NCBI GenBank assembly: GCA_963695225.1
Contig: OY968762.1
Location: forward strand, 2,496,001-2,560,000
Length of the DNA stretch: 64,000 nucleotides
DNA from: Vulcanimicrobiota bacterium
GTDB lineage: Bacteria; Vulcanimicrobiota; Vulcanimicrobiia; Vulcanimicrobiales; Vulcanimicrobiaceae
Direction of reading: 5' to 3'
Shown: one piece after another, positions 1 to 8,394 of the stretch
Layout of the letters: each line of letters starts with the position of its first letter
Numbering within the stretch: position 1 is the first letter of the stretch
The notes under the pieces: model-generated
Seen by the model: the letters and a program-made list of their open reading frames with translations, nothing else
Told to the model about the DNA's origin: nothing
Database searches by the model: none
Position numbers and translations under genes: made by a program

Positions 1-116
1 TGGGGATGTTCATGCTGAGCCCGCCCATCGTCTCGCTTCCGTGCAAGCTGCTGCTCTTCGTGATGGTCGACGGCTGGGCGCTCGTCTGCGGCGGCGTCGC
101 CTCGAGCTTCCGGTAA
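1..116 (+). CDS. fliP: 3' end of flagellar export protein FliP (truncated by window edge)
   Basis: Frame from base 3 reads [37 protein letters not shown], the conserved FliP C-terminus (P..ISLPFK.LLFV..DGW); fliQ/R/flhB/A follow. Confidence 0.9.
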   Translation, partial: GMFMLSPPIVSLPCKLLLFVMVDGWALVCGGVASSFR

Positions 117-162
117 GGGCACCGCGGTGGGGGCGCCTTCGCCTCGGGGCGAACCTCCCGCC

Positions 163-1062
163 ATGCGGATCAGCGATCTGCTCGACGCGAAGCGGCCGTC
201 GTTCTCGTTCGAGTTCTTCCCACCAAGAGACGATGCCGGCGTCGAGAGCCTGTTCGCGACGATCGAGTCGTTGCGCGTCCATCGACCGGCATACGTATCG
301 ATCACCTACGGCGCGGGTGGATCGACGCGCGCGCGCACGATCGAACTGGCCAAGCGCATCAAGCGGGAGAGCGGTCTAGAGGTCCTCGCGCACGTGACCT
401 GCGTGGGGAGCACCGCGGCCGACTTGCGCGCAACGTTTCGCGAATTGGAAGAAGGCGGGATCGAGAACGTGCTCGCACTGCGCGGAGATCCGCCGCGCGG
501 GAGCGCGACGTTCGAGCGAACGGAGGGCGGATTCGCGTACTCGACCGACCTGATCGCGCTGCTCGCCCGCGAGTTTTCGTTTTGCATCGGCGGCGCGGCC
601 TACCCCGAGAAGCATCCGGAGGCGGCGTCGCTCGAGGACGATCTCGCGGTCGCGCGCCGCAAGCAGGACGCGGGCGCCGCCTTCCTGGTCACGCAGCTGT
701 TCTTCGACAATGCCGCCTACGCGGGCTTCGTCGCGCGGGCGAGGGCGGCGGGCATCTCGATCCCGATCGTACCCGGGATCATGCCGATCACGAACTACCA
801 GCAGATCGAGCGTTTCGTCGCGATGTGCGGCGCGACGATCCCGGCTCCGCTGCGCGCCGAACTCGACGCGCGTCGCAACGAACCCGATGCCGTCGCCGAA
901 TTCGGCGTCGCGTACGCGACGTTGCAGTGCGCCGGCCTGCTCGCGCAAGGAGCGCCCGGCATCCACTTCTACACGCTGAACAAATCGCCGTCGACGCGAG
1001 CCGTCGTCTCCGCGCTGCTCGCCTCGGGGAGCGCCCCGCAACCTGCCGTAACGCACGGGTAA
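163..1062 (+). CDS. metF: Methylenetetrahydrofolate reductase
   Basis: SFEFFPP, SITYGAGGST, LALRGDPP, YPEKHPE, TQLFFDN, PGIMPI, HFYTLN motifs; ATG at 163. Confidence 0.95.
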   Translation: MRISDLLDAKRPSFSFEFFPPRDDAGVESLFATIESLRVHRPAYVSITYGAGGSTRARTIELAKRIKRESGLEVLAHVTCVGSTAADLRATFRELEEGGIENVLALRGDPPRGSATFERTEGGFAYSTDLIALLAREFSFCIGGAAYPEKHPEAASLEDDLAVARRKQDAGAAFLVTQLFFDNAAYAGFVARARAAGISIPIVPGIMPITNYQQIERFVAMCGATIPAPLRAELDARRNEPDAVAEFGVAYATLQCAGLLAQGAPGIHFYTLNKSPSTRAVVSALLASGSAPQPAVTHG

Positions 1063-1107
1063 CGCCGCGGCCGCGCGGCCGTAATCCGGGCGCGGTACCG
1101 TCGCTGC

Positions 1108-1380
1108 GTGGAAGCGCTCGATTCGATCCTGCGTGAGGCGCTCGTCGTCGTTGCAATCCTCGCGTTGCCGTTGCTGGCGCTGGCGACGCTCGTCGGTACG
1201 GTCGTCGCCGTCGCGCAGGCGGCGACGCAGGTGCAAGAGCAGACGCTGACGCTCCTGCCGAAGCTCGTCTGCGTCGGCGTCGCGATCGCCGCGTTCGGGC
1301 GCTTCGGAATGGAGCTGTGCGTGCGCCTGTTCGTCGATGCGATCCGGGCGCTTCCCGCGATCGTGCGCGCCGGGCCGTGA
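1108..1380 (+). CDS. fliQ: Flagellar export protein FliQ
   Basis: 90 aa hydrophobic protein with QAATQVQEQTLTLLPK signature. Confidence 0.92.
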   Translation: MEALDSILREALVVVAILALPLLALATLVGTVVAVAQAATQVQEQTLTLLPKLVCVGVAIAAFGRFGMELCVRLFVDAIRALPAIVRAGP

Positions 1381-2102
1381 ACGAAATCGACGCGCTCGTC
1401 TTCGCGCGCTGCGCGGGGTTCGTCTTGCGCGCCCCGGGATTCTCGCATCCTGCCGTGCCCCCGCCGGTGCGGGCCGGCTTCGCGTTCATGCTCGGGCTCG
1501 CGTGCGGCGCCGCGCGTGCCGGCGCGCGGCCGGCGCCGAAGGAGCCCGCCGTCTTCGTCGCGGCGCTCGCTGCCGATTTCGCGCTCGGCGCGGCGCTCGG
1601 CGTCGCCGCCTCGATGCTCTACGACGGCGCCTACTCCGGCGGGCGAATGCTCGACGACTACGTCGGGATCCGGGCGAGCGTTCCCACGGCCGGAATCGGC
1701 GCGGGTGCCGGGTTCGGGCGCCTGTGGTCGCTTGCGTTCAGCGCGGGCTTCTTCGTGCTCGGCGGGTACCGGCTCGCGCTCGACGCGTTCGCGCGGACGT
1801 TCGCGACGATTCCGCCCGGCGCGCTCCTTGAACCCGGTAGCCTGCGCGCGTTCGCGCTCGCGTTACCGGCGACGCTCCTGAGCGCGGCCTTGCTCGTCGC
1901 CGGCCCGGCAGTCGCCGTCGCCTTGGTCGCGCAGATCGCGCTCGCGGGCGTCGCGCGGCTCGCGCCGCGCTTGCAAACGTTCGCGCTTTCGTTTCCGGTC
2001 GTCTTCGGGTGCGTGCTGGTCGTGACGTTGCTCGGGTTCGCTGCCGTCCTTCCGCGCGCCGCGGAGCCGTGGTTCGCGCCGCAGACGCTGCGCGCGCGAT
2101 AG
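1377..2102 (+). CDS. fliR: Flagellar export protein FliR
   Basis: Multi-TM protein (LVFARCAGF..APGF, ARLAPRLQTFALSFP); GTG overlaps fliQ stop (GTGA). Confidence 0.85.
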   Translation: MNEIDALVFARCAGFVLRAPGFSHPAVPPPVRAGFAFMLGLACGAARAGARPAPKEPAVFVAALAADFALGAALGVAASMLYDGAYSGGRMLDDYVGIRASVPTAGIGAGAGFGRLWSLAFSAGFFVLGGYRLALDAFARTFATIPPGALLEPGSLRAFALALPATLLSAALLVAGPAVAVALVAQIALAGVARLAPRLQTFALSFPVVFGCVLVVTLLGFAAVLPRAAEPWFAPQTLRAR

Positions 2103-2103
2103 C

Positions 2104-3099
2104 GTGTCCGAGGAGAAACCGTTCGACCCGACGCCCTCGCGGCTCGAACGCGCGCGGCGGGAAGGCGACGTCGCGCGTTCGCACGAGCTCTCGGCGGCCG
2201 TCTCGTTCGCCGCGGGGGCGGTTGCGCTCGCGGCGCTGCTCCCCGCGCTCGCCGGTGCGGCGCGGCTTGAGCTGGAGTCCGCCTCGCGCGGTGCGGCCGG
2301 CGCCGTTCCGTACGCGCTGCAGGGGCTCGCCGTGGCGGCGGTCCTGGCCGCAGCGGCCTGCGGGGCGGCCTTGGCCGCGCTCGCGCAAGGCGGATTCGGG
2401 TTGCGCCCGCTCGGGTTCTCGCTCTCGAAGCTCGCTCCGGCGGAGGGGCTGAAACGAATGTTCTCGCGCGAAGCGGCACTCTCGGCGGTGAAGGCCGTGC
2501 TGGCGGCGTGCGCCTGCGGGCTCGCGGCGCTGCCCGCGCTGCGCGGGGCGTTCGGCGCCGGGATCGCGGCGCCGCAACTCGCGGATCTCGTGCGGCACTC
2601 CGCCGCGAGCATCGCGGCGAGCGTCGTCGCGATCGGTCTGCTCTTCGGCTTCCTCGACGCGCTCGTCGAACGGGCGCGCCGCCGGCGCCGCCTGCGGATG
2701 AGTTTCGACGAACTGCGCCGCGACCGCAAAGAACACGACGGCGATCCGAACGTGCGCGGACGCCGGCGGGAGGCGCATCGCAGCCTGATCCGCGGCTCGC
2801 TCGGGCGCGTCGCGGAGGCTTCGTTCGTGGTGACGAACCCGGCGCACGTCGCGGTCGCGCTGGCCTACCGCCCGCCGGCGATCTCCGTGCCGCGGGTACT
2901 CGTGCGCGCCGTCGACGCCGGCGCGCAGACCGTCAAGCGGCTCGCGCGGGAGCGGGGGATTCCGGTCGTCGAGAACGTCGCGCTCGCGCACCTCCTGCTC
3001 GCGCGGTGCGACGTCGATGCGGCGATCCCGTCCGAGGCGTACCTCGCCGTCGCCGAGATCGTCGCCTCGCTCGCGCTCGCCGGGCGGAACGTCTCATGA
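2104..3099 (+). CDS. flhB: Flagellar export switch protein FlhB
   Basis: EKPFDPTPSRLERARREGDVARSHEL N-terminus, KEHDGDP, TNPAHVAVAL cleavage region, GIPVVENVALA. Confidence 0.92.
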   Translation: MSEEKPFDPTPSRLERARREGDVARSHELSAAVSFAAGAVALAALLPALAGAARLELESASRGAAGAVPYALQGLAVAAVLAAAACGAALAALAQGGFGLRPLGFSLSKLAPAEGLKRMFSREAALSAVKAVLAACACGLAALPALRGAFGAGIAAPQLADLVRHSAASIAASVVAIGLLFGFLDALVERARRRRRLRMSFDELRRDRKEHDGDPNVRGRRREAHRSLIRGSLGRVAEASFVVTNPAHVAVALAYRPPAISVPRVLVRAVDAGAQTVKRLARERGIPVVENVALAHLLLARCDVDAAIPSEAYLAVAEIVASLALAGRNVS

Positions 3100-5135
3100 A
3101 CGCGCGAGTCCCGACGTACGCGTTCGCCGCGCTCGTCCTTTCGATCGTCCTGATCTTCGTCGTTCCGCTCCCGCCCTGGATGCTCGACGCGCTCCTCGCA
3201 TTCGACATCATGGGCGCCGGTATCGTGCTGCTCATCGCAATCACCGTCGAAGACCCGCTCGAGTTCGCGGCCTTCGCCCCGACGCTCCTGATCGCGACGC
3301 TCTTCCGGCTCGCGCTCGACGTCTCGGCGACGCGCTTGATCCTCACGCAAGGGCACGTTCCCGGCGGTGCGGGGAGCTTGATCCCGGCATTCGGCGAATT
3401 CGTCGTGCGCGGGAACCTCGTCGTCGGCGTCATCGTCCTCGCGATCCTGATAGCGATCCAGTTCCTCGTGATCGCAGCGGGTTCGCAGCGGGTCGCGGAA
3501 GTCGCCGCCCGCTTCACGCTCGATGCGATGCCGGGCAAGCAAATGGCGATCGACGCGGAGGTCCACGCCGGCGCGCTCGATGCGGAAGGGGCGCGCCGCA
3601 AGCGCGCGCTCGTGCAAAAGGAGGCGGACTTCTACGGCGCGATGGACGGCGCCGGGAAGTTCGTCAAGGGCGACGCGATCGCGTCCCTGATCGTCGTCGT
3701 TCTCAACGTCTTCGGCGGCCTCGCCGTCGGCTCGATGCACGGGATGAGCCCGCTCGACGCGCTGAACACGTTCGCGATCCTCTCGATCGGCAACGCGCTC
3801 GCGACGGCGCTCCCGGCCTTCCTCCTCTCGGCGGCGATGGGGTTGATGGTGACGCGGGTGACGGCCGACGCCTCGCTCGGAGTCGATCTCGCCGTGCAAC
3901 TCTCGGCCCGTCCGGAAGTGCTCCGGGCCGGGGGTGCCTTCGCGTTCGTCCTCGCGCTCGTTCCGGCGCTTCCCCGCCCGCCGTTCGTTGCGATCGGCAT
4001 CGGGCTGTTCGCGGCCGCGCGCCTGGCCGGCCGCCGCCGCCGGGAACTCGCGGCCCAAGCGGTCCGGGCGGGCGAGGCGGCGCGGCGTTCCGCGATCCGG
4101 CGGCCGGAGACGGCGCTCGCGCTCGTCGGCGTCGACGCGCTCGCGATCGAAGTGGGGCCGGACCTCGGTGCATTGCTCGTCGCCCCGCACGCCGACGCCC
4201 TGCTCGATCGCATCGGGGAAGTCCGCCGCGCGATCGCGAGCGATTTCGGCTTCGTGCTGCCGGGTGTGCGACTGCGCGACGACCTGTCGCGGGAAGGATA
4301 CGCGATCCGCGTGCGGGACACGCTCGTCGCCGAAGGCCGGCTGCGGCTCGGCGAGGTCCTCGCCGTCGCGGACCCGCCCGTCCTAGCGGCGCTCGGCGGG
4401 GAGGCCGTCCGCGAACCCGTCTATGGGATGGCGGCGCGCTGGATCGCACCCGGCGAGCGCGAGGCGGCGCAGGCTTTGGGTGCGCTCGTCTTCGATCCGG
4501 TTTCGATCGTCGGCTCGCATCTCGCCGAAGTCGCGCGCGCGCACGCCGCCGAACTCGTCGGCCGCCAGGAGATTCAGACGCTTCTGGAACACCTGCGGGC
4601 GAGCGTGCCGACGCTGGTGCGGGAGATCGGCGGGGACGGGCTCCCGCTCGCGCTCGTGCAGCGCGTCTTCGAGGGCCTGTTGCGCGAGCGGATCTGGCCG
4701 CGCGACCCGGTCGCCGTCCTCGAGGCGCTCGTCGATGGGAGCGCCTCGACGCGCGATCCCGGAGAATTGACCGAAGCGGTTCGCAAGCGCATCGTCCCGG
4801 CCCAGCTTGCTCGGCGCGGCCTGCGGCTCTTGGAGCCGATCGTGCTCGCGCCCGCGTTCGAGGAAGAACTGCGGGCGGCGTGGTGCCTCGGCCCGTCCGC
4901 CGCGCCGGATCCGCGCAACGCAACCCACGTCCGGGAGCGCGTCGAGCGCTATCTCGCCCGGATCCCGCGGCCGCGAGCGGCCCTCGTCTGCACGACGTCG
5001 CTCCGGGCGACGCTCGCCGAGGTCCTCACCCGCCTCGGCGTCCCGCTGGACGTCTATTCGTTTGCGGAAATCCCGCCGGGGCTCGAATTGCGTCCTGCCG
5101 AGGTCGTCGAAGCGCCCCTCGCCGCTCCGGCGTGA
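3096..5135 (+). CDS. flhA: Flagellar export gate protein FlhA
   Basis: RVAEVAARFTLDAMPGKQMAIDAE and DFYGAMDGAGKFVKGDAIA; ATG overlaps flhB stop. Confidence 0.95.
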   Translation: MNARVPTYAFAALVLSIVLIFVVPLPPWMLDALLAFDIMGAGIVLLIAITVEDPLEFAAFAPTLLIATLFRLALDVSATRLILTQGHVPGGAGSLIPAFGEFVVRGNLVVGVIVLAILIAIQFLVIAAGSQRVAEVAARFTLDAMPGKQMAIDAEVHAGALDAEGARRKRALVQKEADFYGAMDGAGKFVKGDAIASLIVVVLNVFGGLAVGSMHGMSPLDALNTFAILSIGNALATALPAFLLSAAMGLMVTRVTADASLGVDLAVQLSARPEVLRAGGAFAFVLALVPALPRPPFVAIGIGLFAAARLAGRRRRELAAQAVRAGEAARRSAIRRPETALALVGVDALAIEVGPDLGALLVAPHADALLDRIGEVRRAIASDFGFVLPGVRLRDDLSREGYAIRVRDTLVAEGRLRLGEVLAVADPPVLAALGGEAVREPVYGMAARWIAPGEREAAQALGALVFDPVSIVGSHLAEVARAHAAELVGRQEIQTLLEHLRASVPTLVREIGGDGLPLALVQRVFEGLLRERIWPRDPVAVLEALVDGSASTRDPGELTEAVRKRIVPAQLARRGLRLLEPIVLAPAFEEELRAAWCLGPSAAPDPRNATHVRERVERYLARIPRPRAALVCTTSLRATLAEVLTRLGVPLDVYSFAEIPPGLELRPAEVVEAPLAAPA

Positions 5136-5160
5136 GCGGCGGCCGTACCGGCGGCCGGCT

Positions 5161-5628
5161 TCAGGCGGCCGGGGGCGGCGCGCCGGGCGGCGCTCCCGCC
5201 GCTTGCGCGTCTTCGGCCTCGGAGCAGGCCGGGCAACGCCCCGTGATCGTCAGGGCATAGTCGAGGTCGTCGAAGCCGAGCTTCCCTCCGGCCTCCGAGG
5301 CCAACGGGGCGAGGCCCGGGATCGTGACGTTGCGGACCTCGCGGCAGCCAGTGCAGACCAGATGGTGGTGCTTGTCGAGGGCGGCCTCATAGAGCGAGGC
5401 GCCCCCGGAGGGCGTGAATACCTGCACGAGGCCGAGCCCGCGCAAGATCTCGAGCGTCCGGTAGACGGTCCCCAGGCTTACTTGCGGCTGCCCCGCGCGC
5501 ACGCGCTCGAGGATCGCTTCCGCGGTCAAGTGGGCCCCGTCCCCCAGAGCGTGGAGGACCCCCGAACGCTGCCTGGTCAGGCGGTAGCGCGTTTGCAGGA
5601 GACCTGCGTCGACGGTCTTGACATCCAT
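5161..5628 (-). CDS. Fur-family transcriptional regulator
   Basis: RLTRQR, SLGTVYRTL, HHHLVCTGC and CPAC motifs. Confidence 0.9.
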   Translation of the reverse strand: MDVKTVDAGLLQTRYRLTRQRSGVLHALGDGAHLTAEAILERVRAGQPQVSLGTVYRTLEILRGLGLVQVFTPSGGASLYEAALDKHHHLVCTGCREVRNVTIPGLAPLASEAGGKLGFDDLDYALTITGRCPACSEAEDAQAAGAPPGAPPPAA

Positions 5629-5649
5629 CAGAAGACGCCCTTTTTGCGT

Positions 5650-5678
5650 TTGACGGGGTAGGACGACCCTGTTACAAT
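5650..5678 (+). promoter_or_regulatory. sigma70-type promoter for secD-secF
   Basis: TTGACG (5650-5655), 17 nt spacer, TG-n extended -10, TACAAT (5673-5678). Confidence 0.75.
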
Positions 5679-5714
5679 ACGCGGGTTCTACCCTTCCCCG
5701 GGCGCGATAATACG

Positions 5715-6995
5715 ATGTGGTTACGTCTCAAGACCCCGCTGAAGGCGCTTGCCGTGTTCGGCGTGGTCGGTCTCTGTTTGTACCTGATCCTACCGATCCA
5801 GCAGAAAATCCATCTCGGATTGGATCTGCAAGGTGGCGTTCGCGTCCTTTTGCAGCTCAACACCTCGCCTGAAGTCCCAAAGATCACGCCTCAGGTACAA
5901 CAGCAGGTGCAACAGGTCGTCCAGAATCGTATCAATACGCTCGGCGTTTCGGAACCCGTGATCACGAACGTCGGGACGGATCGGATCCTCGTCGAGCTGC
6001 CGAACGTCAAGAACCCGGACGAAGCGGTGCGCCAGCTCAAGGACGTCGCGAAGCTCGATTTCAAGATCGTCCCGGCCGCCGTCGAAGAGCGCGCCCGCGG
6101 CGACGTGGCCTACGCGAACGATCCGAACGGCGCCTACAAGGATTCGGGGCCGATCGTTTACAACGGCGCCGACCTGAAGGGAGCGCAACCGGGCCCCGAC
6201 CAGTCGAACGGCGACAATTACCGGATCCTCTTCCAGACGAAGAAGCCCGCCGAGTTCGCGAAGATGACGCAAGAGAACATGGGGAAGCTGCTCGGCATTT
6301 TCTTGGATAAGAAGTACGTTTCGGCCGCGACGATCCAGGGCGTGATCGCCGGTGACGGCGAGATCACCGGCCGGTTCACCGCCGAAGAGGCAACCCGCAT
6401 CGCGAACGAGCTGAACGCCGGCGCCCTCCCGGTCGCGGTCACGATCGTCGAGAACGATACGGTCGGCCCGCTGCTGGGCAAGACGGACCTGGAGAAGTCT
6501 CTGTGGGCGTCGGTGGTCGGGCTCGGCCTCGTCCTCATCTTCATGCTCGCGTACTATCGGTTGCCGGGCTTCATGGCCGACCTCGCGCTCGTGCTCTACG
6601 TCCTGATGCTGCTCGGGATCCTCGCGCTCTCGAAAGCCGTCCTGACGCTCCCCGGCATCGCGGGCTTCGTGCTTTCGATCGGCATGGCGGTCGACGCGAA
6701 CGTCCTGATCTTCGAACGCCTCAAGGAAGAGCTGTGGGCCGGCAAGACGCTCCGCGCCGCGGTCCGTACCGGATTCTCGCGCGCGTTCTCGTCGGTCTGG
6801 GACAGCCACTTCACGACGATCGTCGGCGCCGGCGTGTTGTTCGTGCTCGGGACGGGGACGGTGAAGGGCTTCGCCTACACGCTGCTCTGGGGCACGATCT
6901 TCTCGCTCGTGACCGCAGTCTTCATCACGCGCTTCTTCATGGACGTCGTCGTCGACAACGATCTCGCGACCGATCCGAAGCTGTACGGAGCCTAG
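5715..6995 (+). CDS. secD: Protein translocase subunit SecD
   Basis: LGLDLQGG, RINTLGVSEP, LNAGALPV, GMAVDANVLIFER, KGFAYTL. Confidence 0.96.
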   Translation: MWLRLKTPLKALAVFGVVGLCLYLILPIQQKIHLGLDLQGGVRVLLQLNTSPEVPKITPQVQQQVQQVVQNRINTLGVSEPVITNVGTDRILVELPNVKNPDEAVRQLKDVAKLDFKIVPAAVEERARGDVAYANDPNGAYKDSGPIVYNGADLKGAQPGPDQSNGDNYRILFQTKKPAEFAKMTQENMGKLLGIFLDKKYVSAATIQGVIAGDGEITGRFTAEEATRIANELNAGALPVAVTIVENDTVGPLLGKTDLEKSLWASVVGLGLVLIFMLAYYRLPGFMADLALVLYVLMLLGILALSKAVLTLPGIAGFVLSIGMAVDANVLIFERLKEELWAGKTLRAAVRTGFSRAFSSVWDSHFTTIVGAGVLFVLGTGTVKGFAYTLLWGTIFSLVTAVFITRFFMDVVVDNDLATDPKLYGA

Positions 6996-6999
6996 GCCG

Positions 7000-8394
7000 A
7001 TGTTCTTCCGCAATAAGAACTGGAACGTCGTCGGCTGGTTCCGCACGGTCTCGTACGTTTCGTACGCGATCATCCTAGCCGGCTTGATCACGATGGGCTA
7101 TAACTGGGTGACGAAGGGCTACCCGCTGCGGCTCGGGCTCTCGTTTACTGGTGGAACGGACGTCACGGTCAAGTTCAAGGCGCCGGTCACGAAGGACCAG
7201 ATCGCGAGCGCGCTCGCGACCGTCGGTGCCAGGGATGCCGTCATCAACACGCTTTCGCGGGCCGGCGACGCCGAGCCGAACGAGCGCTACACGATCGAGA
7301 CGCAGACGGCCTTCGGGAACGACCCCGCGCCGCTGCAGAGCGCGCTCGGCGCGCTCGCTCCGATCGATAAAGACCAGTGGTCGATGTCGTCGGTCGGTCC
7401 CTCGCTCTCGCGCGAATACCTGTTCCGCGCGATCGAGGCGCTCGTCATCGCGATCGCGATCCAATTCATCTACATCGCGTTCCGTTTCGGCTGGAACTAC
7501 ATCTTTGGGTTCGTCGTCGTCGTCGCGCTCGTCCGCGACTCGCTGATGATGATCGGCATTTACGCGATGGCCGGCCGGCGCGCGGACGACGCGTTCCTGG
7601 CGGCCGTCCTGACCGTCATCGGCTACTCCGTGATGGATACGATCGTCATCCTCGACCGGATCCGCGAGAACGTCAAGCTGATGGCGGGCGAGGAGTTCCA
7701 CAAGATCGTCAACACGTCGATCCTGCAGACGATGACCCGCTCGCTGAACACGCTGGCGACCGTCGTGATCACGCTCGTGGCGCTGCTGGCGCTCGGCGGG
7801 GCGTCCCTGCAGAACTTCGCGTTCGCACTGCTCGTCGGCATCTGCTCGGGCGGTTACCATTCGATCTTCTACTCGGCGCCGCTCGTCTCGAAGCTGCGCG
7901 AGGAACCGCCGGCGCTCTTCCGCTGGCTCAACGCGCAGCTCGCCGCGCGGCCTTCCCATAAGGACGAGCTGGACAAGCCGAGGACCGTCGCCGAGGCTCG
8001 CTCCCAGGCGGCGGCCGCGAAGGACCGCGAGGCGGTTCTGGCGGCCCGCAAGGAACGGCGCGAGCGGGAGCGCTCGCAACAGCCGCGCGCTTCGGGCGGC
8101 CCCGCGCGCTACAAGAAGAAGCAGCGGCCCGCGCAGGGTGCGGCCGGGGCCTCGCAGGCAGCGCTCGCGGCCGAGCCGGCGGAGGAGGAACTGCACGAGG
8201 AGCCGCAGCACGAAGCGCCGCGCTACGACGGGCCGCAGATCGATCCGCTCGACGCGCAAAACGCCGGATTGCACGAGCAAGAGCTCGCGCTAGGGCACGA
8301 AGAGATCCATCTGAATTTCGACGAGCACGAGCCGCTCGAGCACGTCGCCGATGCCCCGACCGAAAGACCCGCGGCCGCCCGCCCGGAAAAGTAA
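7000..8394 (+). CDS. secF: Protein translocase subunit SecF with long charged C-terminal tail
   Basis: LGLSFTGG, VGPSLS, IGYSVMDTIVILDRIREN, QTMTRSLNT. Confidence 0.94.
   Translation: MFFRNKNWNVVGWFRTVSYVSYAIILAGLITMGYNWVTKGYPLRLGLSFTGGTDVTVKFKAPVTKDQIASALATVGARDAVINTLSRAGDAEPNERYTIETQTAFGNDPAPLQSALGALAPIDKDQWSMSSVGPSLSREYLFRAIEALVIAIAIQFIYIAFRFGWNYIFGFVVVVALVRDSLMMIGIYAMAGRRADDAFLAAVLTVIGYSVMDTIVILDRIRENVKLMAGEEFHKIVNTSILQTMTRSLNTLATVVITLVALLALGGASLQNFAFALLVGICSGGYHSIFYSAPLVSKLREEPPALFRWLNAQLAARPSHKDELDKPRTVAEARSQAAAAKDREAVLAARKERRERERSQQPRASGGPARYKKKQRPAQGAAGASQAALAAEPAEEELHEEPQHEAPRYDGPQIDPLDAQNAGLHEQELALGHEEIHLNFDEHEPLEHVADAPTERPAAARPEK

Noticed and set aside
117..162. SAM/SAH riboswitch upstream of metF
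   Set aside because: Only 46 nt with one small hairpin and no recognisable aptamer core
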